From contig NW_021836146.1 of assembly GCF_006345805.1 (NCBI RefSeq), positions 1-64,000 on the forward strand: 64,000 nt of DNA, read 5' to 3'. Shown here in pieces: positions 51,813-63,045 of this stretch. Origin of the DNA: Octopus sinensis (taxonomy: Eukaryota). Position 1 is the stretch's first letter. Each line of letters opens with the position of its first letter. The notes below the pieces were generated by a model that was not told the origin of the DNA, ran no database searches, and saw only the letters and a program-made list of their open reading frames with translations. Both the position numbers and the translations under genes were made by a program.

Positions 51813-53569
51813 ATTATATAAAAGGGCTTAGTAAAATAAATTACTTTGCCGCATACTGAACTCATTAGAAATAGCAGCTAAAAAACTTTTTTAAAACTAT
51901 TTCTAATACTTAAAGAAAATCTCTCTCATATATAGTGTTTGCTTAATTCAACTCACAAAAGTTTGGGGGTAAGGACATCGAAAAATCAAATGCTAAGGTT
52001 ATTCGAGAACGTACGTTTCAAGATTAGTCAAAACAACATTTCTATCATCGGCTCAGAAATTCCTTGGTTTGGATTTGGAAACACTGAAAATAAGAACATA
52101 CCCTTTCGAAGATCTGCTCCCAACTAACAGTGCCAACAAATTCAAATAAGCAAGCGAAGAATCTCTGTTCTCCCCTTTCCACCAGCGTGGGTTAAAATCA
52201 TCAAACACTATGCTTATTTCGGTAAAATCCGAAGCATTAATCAGAGGAAGATTAATTATAATTTCAACAATTGAGGGCAAAATTAATTAATTATTAATCA
52301 ATTTCACCAAGTGTTCAGTATGCAAAGGGACCATTCAAGGCGAATTCAAATTATTACATTATATAAAAGGGCTTAGTAAAATAAATTACTTTGCCGCATA
52401 CTGAACTCATTAGAAATAGCAGCTAAAAAACTTTTTTAAAACTATTTCTAATACTTAATTTTGCCCTCAATTGTTGAAATTATAATTAATCTTCCTCTGA
52501 TTAATGCTTCGGATTTTACCGAAATAAGCATAGTGTTTGATGATTTTAACCCACGCTGGTGGAAAGGGGAGAACAGAGATTCTTCGCTTGCTTATTTGAA
52601 TTTGTTGGCACTGTTAGTTGGGAGCAGATCTTCGAAAGGGTATGTTCTTATTTTCAGTGTTTCCAAATCCAAACCAAGGAATTTCTGAGCCGATGATAGA
52701 AATGTTGTTTTGACTAATCTTGAAACGTACGTTCTCGAATAACCTTAGCATTTGATTTTTCGATGTCCTTACCCCCAAACTTTTGTGAGTTGAATTAAGC
52801 AAACACTATATATGAGAGAGATTTTCTTTAAGTATTAGAAATAGTTTTAAAAAGGTTTTTTAGCTGCTATTTCTAATGAGTTCAGTATGCGGCAAAGTAA
52901 TTTATTTTACTAAGCCCTTTTATATAATGTAATAATTTGAATTCGCCTTGAATGGTCCCTTTGCATACTGAACACTTGGTGAAATTGATTAATAATTAAT
53001 TAATTTTGCCCTCAATTGTTGAAATTATAATTAATCTTCCTCTGATTAATGCTTCGGATTTTACCGAAATAAGCATAGTGTTTGATGATTTTAACCCACG
53101 CTGGTGGAAAGGGGAGAACAGAGATTCTTCGCTTGCTTATTTGAATTTGTTGGCACTGTTAGTTGGGAGCAGATCTTCGAAAGGGTATGTTCTTATTTTC
53201 AGTGTTTCCAAATCCAAACCAAGGAATTTCTGAGCCGATGATAGAAATGTTGTTTTGACTAATCTTGAAACGTACGTTCTCGAATAACCTTAGCATTTGA
53301 TTTTTCGATGTCCTTACCCCCAAACTTTTGTGAGTTGAATTAAGCAAACACTATATATGAGAGAGATTTTCTTTAAGTATTAGAAATAGTTTTAAAAAAG
53401 TTTTTTAGCTGCTATTTCTAATGAGTTCAGTATGCGGCAAAGTAATTTATTTTACTAAGCCCTTTTATATAATGTAATAATTGAATTCGCCTTGAATGGT
53501 CCCTTTGCATACTGAACACTTGGTGAAATTGATTAATAATTAATTAATTTTGCCCTCAATTGTTGAAAT

Positions 53570-53573
<4 letters not shown>
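51813..53573. repeat. Array of a 545-bp unit: forward full + forward partial + inverted block of about two units, inside (AT)n
   Basis: Forward 51813-52357 and 52358-52458; inverted 52455-52928, 52929-53473 and 53474-53573. Mirror ORF pairs sum to 104741; period 545; more than 99% identical by eye. Confidence 0.95.
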
Positions 53574-53601
<28 letters not shown>

Positions 53602-53711
53602 ATTATATATATCCATATATATATATATATATGCATATGCATGATAAGTATGGATATTTTTATGAAAGTATATGTACTTGTATGATTGTGTGTGTGTGTG
53701 TGTGTGTGTGA

Positions 53712-53932
53712 TTAAAATATTGGTTTCAAATTTTGGCACAAGGCCAGCAATTCTGGGTAGGCGGTAAGTCAATTGCATGGACCCCAGTACTTTACTGGTA
53801 CTTATTTTATCGACCCTGAAAGGATGAAAGGCAAATCGACCTCGGTGGAATTTGAACTCAGAATGTAAAAATGGATGAAATGCCACTAAGCATTTTGCCC
53901 AGTGTGCTAATGATTCTACAAGATTGCTGCCT
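53712..53932 (-). mobile_element. SINE family C, minus strand
   Basis: tttggcacaaggccagcaatt..tactggtacttattttatcgaccctgaaaggatgaaaggcaaa..gaatttgaactcagaa. Confidence 0.8.
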
Positions 53933-54095
53933 TATGTAAGTAAAATATTGTGCTTGTGTGTAGATATATATATGTGTGTACATAAGTATGTATGCATATA
54001 TATGTATGTGGCATCTTGGGCAAATATCCTTTTGTTTAATCTATACTTGCATGGTAAATGATATTGTTCAGTTTGTGTGTGTATGTGTATGTGTA

Positions 54096-54130
<35 letters not shown>

Positions 54131-54133
<3 letters not shown>

Positions 54134-54472
54134 CCACCAATCTGCTTTGCTTTCTTTTCTTTCTACATGCCACCCTAAAAAAACATCGCCATTCCCGCCC
54201 GTTTCTCTAAAAGTTCAACCTTCACATATTCCCTTTAATTCGATCTCCACCATTCACTATCATTTCTTCCCCTGGCTTACAGCGATGTCCATGAGCAGGC
54301 TAAGATTTCTCCCTTCTTTTTTCATACATACATACATACATTTGTCTACCGTTTAAATGTTTTGAACTTATAACCACCAATCTGCTTTGCTTTCCTTTTC
54401 TTTCTACATGCCACCCTAAAAACATCGCCATTCCCGCCCGTTTCTCTAAAAGTTCAACCTTCGCATATTCCC
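54131..54472. repeat. About 102-bp direct repeat pair (54131-54233, 54371-54472) flanking a 137-bp spacer
   Basis: taaccaccaatctgctttgc...aaagttcaaccttcRcatattccc occurs twice with few differences. Confidence 0.9.
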
Positions 54473-54727
54473 GGTGCACCCGCCCTTGCCCACCCCCACC
54501 ACCAATACCGGATATCTCTATATTTTTGTTCCATCTATACCGGATGTCGCTTCTCCCACCACCATTATAGGTGTCTACTCTTCGAACCCCCCTCTTCAAC
54601 ATGCTATTTCACCATGCATTACCCTCTCTTGATATCCTACGTTCTACTTGCCTAGAACCTGTCATCATTTCTCTGAACCACCCCTCCCCACTGGTGCTCC
54701 CCTATATATTTCTGCACCCCAACCCAC

Positions 54728-54969
54728 ATAAAAAGCACCATCCGAACGTGGCCGATGCCAGACCCCTCTGGCACCTGTGCAGGTGGCACATAAAAAACAC
54801 CCACTACACTCGCGGAGTGGCTGGCATTAGGAAGGGCATCCAGCTGTAGAAACACTGCCAGACTAGACTGGAGCCTGGGGCAGTCCCGAGCTCCCCAGAC
54901 CCCGGTCGAAACCGTCCAACCCGTGCTAGCGCGGAAAACGGACGTTAAACGATGATGATGATGATGATG
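54728..54969 (+). mobile_element. RTE-tail short element (family A), young copy
   Basis: Two internal units, CpGs retained, (GAT)n tail. Confidence 0.9.
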
Positions 54970-55242
54970 ACAGCATCAGTCAGTGATTACCTGAATCAGA
55001 TGCAAAGATAAGGCTTGATTATACCACATAACTGTACATGCAACTCTCCATCTGAATACATTCCTTATGTCTGTTATTGTCTACCTGTCTTTTCTGCTTC
55101 CATACATTCTTGAAGATCATTCTTGTGGCTGACTTTTTACCACAGTACTAACTACCCTTGATGAAAAAGATTTATTTCTATGATCCATGCTTACTTTAGG
55201 ATGATATTTATATATATAAATTTTATGTATTATACATATCCT

Positions 55243-55765
55243 CGTCATCATTTAACATCTGCTTTCCATACTGGCATGGGTTGGATGGTTTGACAGAGAA
55301 CTGGTAAGCCGGGAGACTGTACCAGGCTCCAATGATTTGGCAAGGTTTCTACAGCTGGATGCCCTTCCTAATGCCAACCACTCTGATAGTTTAGTGGGTG
55401 TTTTTTATGTGGCACTGGAATGGGAGCCAGTCAGGTGGCACTGGCATTAGCCATGCTCAAATGGTTCTTTTTATGTGCCACTGGCACAGGTGCAAGTCAG
55501 GCGGCATTGGCACCAACCATACTCAAATGGTACTTTTTACATGCCACCAGCAAGGGTGCCAGTCAGGCTGCACTGGCATCGGCTACACTTGAATGGTGCT
55601 TTTTACGTGCCATGACTACAATTTTACTTGTTTCAACAGCTCTTCACAAGCATACCATATTGCCCAACGACTGAAGGGTACTTTCAAATGGGCCAGTTGT
55701 GCGACAGAGGCATCGGCCATGACTACGATCTCACTTGGCCTGAGATTGGCCACAACTACAATCTC
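55243..55765 (-). mobile_element. RTE-tail element (family A) with four internal tandem units and extended upstream UTR
   Basis: Reverse tail at 55243; core ggtRYtttttaYRtgcca at about 55378, 55462, 55530 and 55596. Confidence 0.8.
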
Positions 55766-55766
55766 A

Positions 55767-56044
55767 CTTCGGTGTATGTAGCTTTGTCTATAAAATAATG
55801 ATGTTATCAAATGGTGCCCAATGATCACTGTATGTTCCAACCATGAGCTATAAACTATAAAACCCTATTAGCACTGTATGTGTGTGTATATTAACAGATG
55901 GCCAATAAAACCTTACATAAAAAAAATGTCGATGACTTGCTAATAGGGTTTTATAGTTCATAGCTCATGGTAGAAACATGCAGTGATCATTGGGTACCAT
56001 TTGATGACTTCATTTCTTCATAGTCAAATCAACATACACCGAAG
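55767..56044. mobile_element. Fold-back/MITE-like element with 107-bp imperfect TIRs
   Basis: Arms 55767-55873 (cttcggtgtatgt...ccctattagca) and 55938-56044 (tgctaataggg...catacaccgaag), 64-nt spacer. Confidence 0.8.
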
Positions 56045-56598
56045 CTGAAAGAATTAGAAGCACCTTTCAAATGTAATTATTGTCTTATATACATATTTTT
56101 GTGTGTGTGTGTATGTGTGTGTGTGTGTGTGTGTGTGTACATGTAAAGCAAAGTGTCAAAATATTCTGATATCAACTGTGGGACTTAAACAGCATATCTA
56201 ATTTAAACCATATGGCAGTGTTAATCACTGCACAAAAATACATACACGAAGTGTGCATATGTATATCACCAAAGGATAGCCAATTAATATGTATACTGAA
56301 TGAAAACACCATGTGATATCAGGTGGTATTTAGTTTGCTGAGGTATATCCTGCTGTTAAACTTCATCATTTGATAAACAGAAGTTGTTAAAATAAGTACC
56401 ACTCAAATTTCTAGTCAAAAGAATCAACTAAAAGCCCTGAAGATTGTACCCTAACTTTACTTCATCCCAGTGGCTGAAAGCAGAGAACGAATAAAAGAAA
56501 ATACTCTTCCTGCTGTGAATTTGTATGTGTAACAATTGTGTTTATGTCTGTGTTAAAGAAATTCTATTTTTCCAAGAGAGTGACTATGAAACACTTAC

Positions 56599-56619
56599 AT
56601 ATTTTAATAACAATGAATG
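56599..56619 (-). other. Candidate 21-nt micro-exon
   Basis: atcatttttatag|CATTCATTGTTATTAAAATAT|gtaagt; frame-preserving, open in two phases. Confidence 0.2.
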
Positions 56620-57103
56620 CTATAAAAATGATAATGATATTATCAATAAGTCTGTCTGCACTCAACTATTTCATTTTAAATATTCACCCATATATTTAAT
56701 TACAAATTATAGCCAGAGGACTTATCCAATAAGTTTATCTGTTTATCTGACATATCATTGAGGGCCGAGAGAGAAAATAAAAATAAAATGTACTTATCGC
56801 AATCAAAATTGCATTAACTTTATATTCAAATATCAATTGTCACTAAAATTTTCATATTAAGATACTACATTGTACATATTAGATGAACAGTTCTGAAATA
56901 TATATCATTTAATTATCAACTTATATTTAAATAACATTCGATATTTTAACTGAGTAAGAAAATTGTGGTTGCACAGATGTGAATATATTCAAAACAGTAA
57001 TATAATGTTCTAAATACAAACTTTGGGTGATAATAAATTGTACATAAAACTGAATATCCATCTCTCTTACTCTCTCTACACATACATATAAATATATATA
57101 TGT

Positions 57104-57380
57104 ATCATCATCATCGTTTAACGTCCATTTTCCATGCTAGCATGGGTTGGGCGGTTCAACCAGGGTCTGGGAAGCCAGGGGTTGCACCAGGCTCCAGTCT
57201 GATCTAGCAGTGTTTCTACAGCTGGATGCCCTTCCTAACGCCAACCACTCCGCGAGTGTAGTGGGTGCTTTTTACGTGCCACCTGCACAGGTGCCAGGGG
57301 GGTCTGGCATCGGCCACGATCGGTTGGTGCTTTTAACATGCCACCGGCACGGAAGCCAGCCAAGGCGGCGCTGGCATCGG
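57104..57380 (-). mobile_element. RTE-tail short element (family A)
   Basis: catcatcatcgtttaacgtccattttccatgctagcatgggttgg..., two internal units. Confidence 0.9.
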
Positions 57381-57789
57381 CATGCAGAGAGAGAGAGAGA
57401 TGTGTGTGTGAAGTGTATGTTTAGAAAAGAGGGGTAGTCAGAATTTTGGGTAATTATATATTACTATTTTCCTCTCATTTATTTCTGAGACTCATCAGAT
57501 ATGAATTTTTAAAGAAAGTGTTATGCCTTTTATATAAATCTGGAAGTGTGTGTGTGTATATGTATGCATACATATATATGTGTATGTATTTGTAGGTATG
57601 TGCATACATGCATGTGTGGTGCAAGCATGTGTGTGTGTGTGATGAACCCTTGGAGGCCTGGCCAGAGGGAGAAAAATGGAGGAAGTAAGAAAGACTATAT
57701 ATATATAATCATTTCACGTCTGTTGTCCATGCTGGCAGGCTGGACAGCTACACCATATATATATATATATATATATACATATGAGAAGA

Positions 57790-58034
57790 AGACCCATCAA
57801 GCCAAGTAAAATCATAGTCATGGCAGATACTGGTGAAACGCAAATGGCAGCCACGCCACTGGCAATGTAAAAGCACCTGTTACACTCTCAGAGTGGTTGG
57901 CATGAAGAAGGGTATCCAGCCACAGAAAACCATGCCAAATCAGACTGAATCCTGGCACAGCCATCCAGCATGCCAGCCCAGTCAAAGTGCCCAACCCATA
58001 CCAGAATTGACAACAGGTGTTAAATGGTGATGAT
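57790..58034 (+). mobile_element. RTE 3' UTR fragment, degenerate
   Basis: gagaagacccatcaagccaagt..aagggtatccagcc..ttaaatggtgatgat matches 32440-32660. Confidence 0.7.
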
Positions 58035-59872
58035 ATATGTAAGTTATAATTAAAGTTTAGATTTGAAATTTAAAAGTTAGCATGTAAACTGTATTGTGGG
58101 TATGTCTCTAGCAGTGTTCTGGCAGCACACATTCACCTCTTATGGCTACCTGGAGTCATCCACAGTAAATACACATTCACTGTTGGGTCTAGGTTACGAA
58201 TTCCTTGGTGCACATTGAGTATAGTAGAAATAATTAATATGGAAGATAGAGTATACTGGAAAGTTTATTTATCACAACGATTGTTTCGGCATTTTTTTAA
58301 TAAGTGTTTATTGTTGATCTAATTAATTGACTATTAAAAAGAATATACTGTCTTATTTGATCGTTGGTCATATGTGATTTTTGAAAAAGTCACTAATCTA
58401 AAGTATCCACAAGAATTGGCTGGGATCAATGATGCACTACATCAACAAAAATCAATTCAATAAAGTTCACAAGATGGACTAACTGACAAATATTTTTTTC
58501 ACTATGACAAACAATGGTAACAAATAGTGTGAACTTTAAAGTAAGCAGTACCCTACAATAGCAACAACGAAACCACCTGTTTGCATCTTGATGTAAAATC
58601 ATAAGCATATATTTGAGCTATAACAGTGCCCTACCGTTACTGGTAGAGAGTAATTGTGAAGACTGCAGGGCATGGGCCAATAAAACAAGCTAAAATATAT
58701 ATTTATTATAACTCAAGAAGGACAGGACAGTAAAATGATAGACAGAATATTTTATTAAAGATAGAGAAGATATTATTGGTTTATGTAGTATCATTCCATT
58801 CCATTAAGGACTTTTATCAATGCACTGTGGCTGAACATACACATAGAGACATGCTCTTGGCATTAACAATATGTATAGTGTAGAACAGAGAAGAAATAAG
58901 ATAGATATAATAGTCAATTTGAATTATAAAAGGTGTTGTCACTTTTATTGAATATCAAACTTTCAAATGGAAAAACAAAAATGGCATGCAACCTGTAGAA
59001 ATGTTATAAGCTTGATATGTTTCATAGAAACTGCTAATATTGTTTGAGGAAAATTTAAGAGAACAGTTGGATATTTAGGTTCACTACATTCAATGCAATG
59101 TTATGAAATGCTAAAGTAGAATATGGGTGATGATCAGTTTTAACAGTAGAACAAATATTTGTATAGATTGTCTAAAAGTTTCATAAATATATGAATTTAT
59201 CCTGAACCAAACTTTGTCTTGAAGTATTTCAATAATTTAACATGCAATGAAGTTATATACAAACAATTCTCTGAATCTGCATGAGCATTGAATCAACATA
59301 GAAATGTAGTTTCAAAGAGAATTTGGATGAATTGAGCAGCAATAATAATAGTAATAAATAACGATTTCTAAGACAATATTAAAATTATATAGTTGTTATT
59401 TAGCCTGAGTTCAGACTTATTAGAGCAGACCTGTGATCAAATGTATTCCAATGGTGACCATTCCAACTTAGATAAGATACATTTAGGACTACATAAGTTC
59501 ACTATGTCCCTTTTTAAGGTAGTAAGGTGTGATTTGATGAAAATTTTGGCTGATGTTTCTAGCACTTAATCTCTACAAAACTGTTATTTTCACCAGTCAT
59601 AACCTACACAGAAACAGCCTTCATATTTGAAAATACATGCAGCCTACAAATTTTGAAATGCAATTTTTATGGTTTGTACTAGATCTCAATATGAACATCT
59701 TCAAAGCATAGCAGCCCTTAAGCTCCCCTTTCTCACAAACTGCAACTGATCCTTTCAATCCACTCCACTGCCAAAAGAATCTCTGCTAACTTTGTGAAAT
59801 CTTCCTTTCCTCCACTTTTCAACCATGATAGTTTTATGAGAAAAGTATTCTCAAGAAAGAAAGCCTTTACAT

Positions 59873-60399
59873 CAGTGTTTCTCGACGTTTTTACCCTTAA
59901 AATAAATTGCACAAGAAAAAGAAATATTATATAACATATCTTTCACACATTTTTTCCTCAAAGTTCACATGGCCCAGTGATCATGGTCGTGGGATTGCTG
60001 TTTCGATTTCCAAGTCGGATGTTGTAAGTGTTTATTGAGCGACAACACCTAAAGCTCCATAAGGCTCCAGCAGGGGTCGGTGGCGAACCCTGCTGTACTC
60101 TTTCAACAAAGGGCCAGCTTTGTCACTCTGTGTCATGCTGAATCTCCCTGAGAACTACGTTAAAGGTACACATCTGTGGAGTGCTCAGCGACTTGCATGT
60201 TAATTTCACGAGCAGGCTATTGTGTTGATCAGATCAACTGGAACCCTCATCATCTTAACCAATGGAGTGCCACGATGATATATAATTTTATATATATATC
60301 ATGAAATTAGCATTAGCTTATCTCACTCTTTCTCATGGAGCCCCTAGGAATCTTTTGCAGAACTCTAAGGTTCTACGGAACCCTGGTTGAGAAACGCTG
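59873..60399. mobile_element. hAT-superfamily MITE with TIRs and 8-bp TSD
   Basis: Ends cagtgtttctcgac / gttgagaaacgctg; flanks ctttacat (59865-59872) and ctctacat (60400-60407), 7/8 identical. Confidence 0.85.
59969..60277 (+). mobile_element. tRNA-derived SINE (family E) nested in the hAT MITE
   Basis: A-box-like tggcccagtg, B-box-like gtttcgatttcc; distinct 3' end gatcaactggaaccctc..ggagtgcca. Confidence 0.6.
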
Positions 60400-61309
60400 C
60401 TCTACATTCACTGGCTGTTTCATAACCAACTCTACACTGCACACACCAGATGAATCTTTTCTAAAACTACTTCTATCCACACTACACACCTCACTAATTT
60501 GCAGAAATATACACCAAGTGCAAAAGTACCTCTAATTGAGGCCACAAATAAAGCCAAGTAGCCTTGGTAATCTCCCTTTCATTATACTCAAATAATGCAT
60601 TTACATGTGAGCTCCACACTTGCCAAACTTTCCAGTTTTCTCTCTCTCTCTCTCTCTCTTGCCTCCTCCTTTCTTTGTATAGAGATATATTCTAATTTCT
60701 GAAAACATGTTAAAATGTGTTGCATTCTCCAAAATGATAACACTGTTTTGACCCTTCTAAATATTTTCATAACACAATCACTACCTTCACCTCAAAAAAT
60801 ATGGAGACAGCCATTAACAACAACTAGCTCTGCAAACTCGAATCTCTCATCAGTGACCACTAGTGCATCTTTTTTTAAAGCTAGTCCTACTGGAGTCTTG
60901 CTTACCAGTGGAAATTTAGTGAAGACAGAATTGTTACACATGACAGTAATCTTTTAACTATGTCTGGCATCTATCTCTTATCTTTTAGATTGTTAGTTTC
61001 CTATCAAATAGCACTATCACAATATATGCAATGGAGTTTCCTTTCATACAAATTCTATTAAGCCTAGTGTACTCCATGTTAATTGCATCCAAATTTGTCT
61101 TCCACATTCTTCTTCTAATACGTCAATGACTTACTTGCCATAACATCAACAATGACCATTCCTATACCAAGGATACCACCCTTTCTTTACCAGCTAACTT
61201 TTCTCACCCAAGTTTCATCCACATGCACTTTAGACATACCATGCCAAATCTGTACTTATTCCATAAACTGATATCAGAAAAACCTTCTCAAATCAAGTTA
61301 GCATAAATC

Positions 61310-61685
61310 ATAGGTGCAAGCTGAAGCTTGCTTCCAAACCACATGGTTCCGGGTTCAGTCCCACTATATGACATCTTGAGTAAGTGTTTTCTATTATAGT
61401 CATAAACTGATCAAAACCTTGTAAGTGGATTTGGTTGATGGAAACTGAAAGAAGCCCATAATGTGAGTGTGCGTGTGTCTTTGTGTCTGTGTTTGCCCCC
61501 CCCACACACACACACATCACTTGACAACCAGCAGTGGCATGTTTACATCCCTGTAACTTAACAGTTTGACAAAAGAGACCAATAGAATAATTACCAAGCT
61601 TAAAAAATAAGTACTGAGGTTGATTTGTTCGACTAAAACCCTTCAAGGCATGGCTGCAGTCAAATGACTGAAACAAGTAACAGAT
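61310..61685 (+). mobile_element. tRNA-derived SINE (family B), plus strand
   Basis: aagcttgcttccaaaccacatggttccgggttcagtccc head; body and 3' end match 22800-23213. Confidence 0.85.
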
Positions 61686-62146
61686 AAATATTGCATTATT
61701 TAACAAAGGAAAAACAAAACAGACATTTACTGCACATGCCAAGAAGATATTATTGTACCTCACCCCAACATCCCTTATACATGAGCAGCATGCAATTAGG
61801 TCCTTTACAATCACTTCAAGTGCTAGGCTCCACTATCACTGAGGACCCCTCCAGGAAAATGCATGTCTTTAATATAGGAAGGACAGCTTTTCTTTTCAAC
61901 CAATCAAAAAAACATTGATAAATTTTAATAAATCCAGTTTAATATATTTTAATCAAAATGTTGCTTTGACTGTTCATTTTGAAAAACCATCTTTGCTCAA
62001 AATACACAGATCTCTCTCTCTGTCCCACTTTCTTTCTCCAGGTCTTATTGATTGTGGTCATATCCAGTCATATATATTACTCTACCTCTGGTATTTGAGT
62101 ACTCTTTTTTCCACCTTGTTTCACATTTATAAGTTTACTCTGGTAT

Positions 62147-62210
<64 letters not shown>

Positions 62211-62599
62211 TTCTATCTTCATATTTAGATTTACTTTCATATCACTTCTGTGTATTTTCACTCATCAAAATATTAATGTAACAGCAATTAAAATTTAAAA
62301 GAGATGTTGGTAATGCTGTTCACATATACCGAGGATATAAAATCAAAGCACTTACATTTCACTATTCTCTAATTTTCGATTTTTCTTATAAATATTTAAC
62401 TAAATTTTTCACTTCCCTTTCATATTTCACTATTTATCTTTTCTCTAAAAGTTAGGAATCAGCACATTCAATAATGTAGTACTGTATACACACAAAAAAA
62501 TTAAGATAGTGAACATATGAACACACACACGTAAGTGTGCATGTATGTTGCAGTAACTGGTCCTGAAGTGCAATGGCATTGGTGGGATCTTTGGCACTA

Positions 62600-62720
62600 T
62601 GCAGTGTCGTCCCGTTCTATATATATATATAGAATATACATATATATATATATATATAGAATATACGTATATAATATATATATTTAAACATATATATCTA
62701 TATGAATGTATAAAACCAAT

Positions 62721-62764
<44 letters not shown>

Positions 62765-63045
62765 CACACACATATATAAATATATATATACATATATATA
62801 TATATACACACAAATATATAGATACACACACATATATATATATACACACACATATATATATATATACATATATAGATACACACACATATACATATATATA
62901 TATATATATATAGATACACACACACATATATATATAAATACCATACATACTTCTCCACACACACATACACACATTTCTGCACACACATTTATATGCATTT
63001 ATACATATTTGCAAACACGCATTTGCATACTTGCTCCCACTCATG
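62600..63045. repeat. Compound (TA)n/(CA)n/(TC)n microsatellite field
   Basis: Direct inspection; the overlapping ORFs are low-complexity artefacts. Confidence 0.95.

Larger units (their letters stand above)
59660..61250 (+). mobile_element. Decayed CR1/L2-type LINE RT region, interrupted by a hAT MITE
   Basis: About 61110-61190 reads ..YVNDLLAITSTMTI..TKDTTL, a decayed form of the YINDL...YADDTTL RT motif; C/A-rich coding-strand bias; boundaries approximate. Confidence 0.5.

Noticed and set aside
51939-53347. Repeated 62-aa and 75-aa ORFs in the 545-bp unit
   Set aside because: They recur only because the DNA is repeated; TTG starts, overlapping on opposite strands, no recognisable domain.
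62041-62089. Plus-strand exon candidate after a strong pyrimidine tract (also similar ones at about 17820, 46420 and 47165)
   Set aside because: The tracts derive from TC/T-rich repeats, most frames hit stops, and no consistent plus-strand chain emerges.
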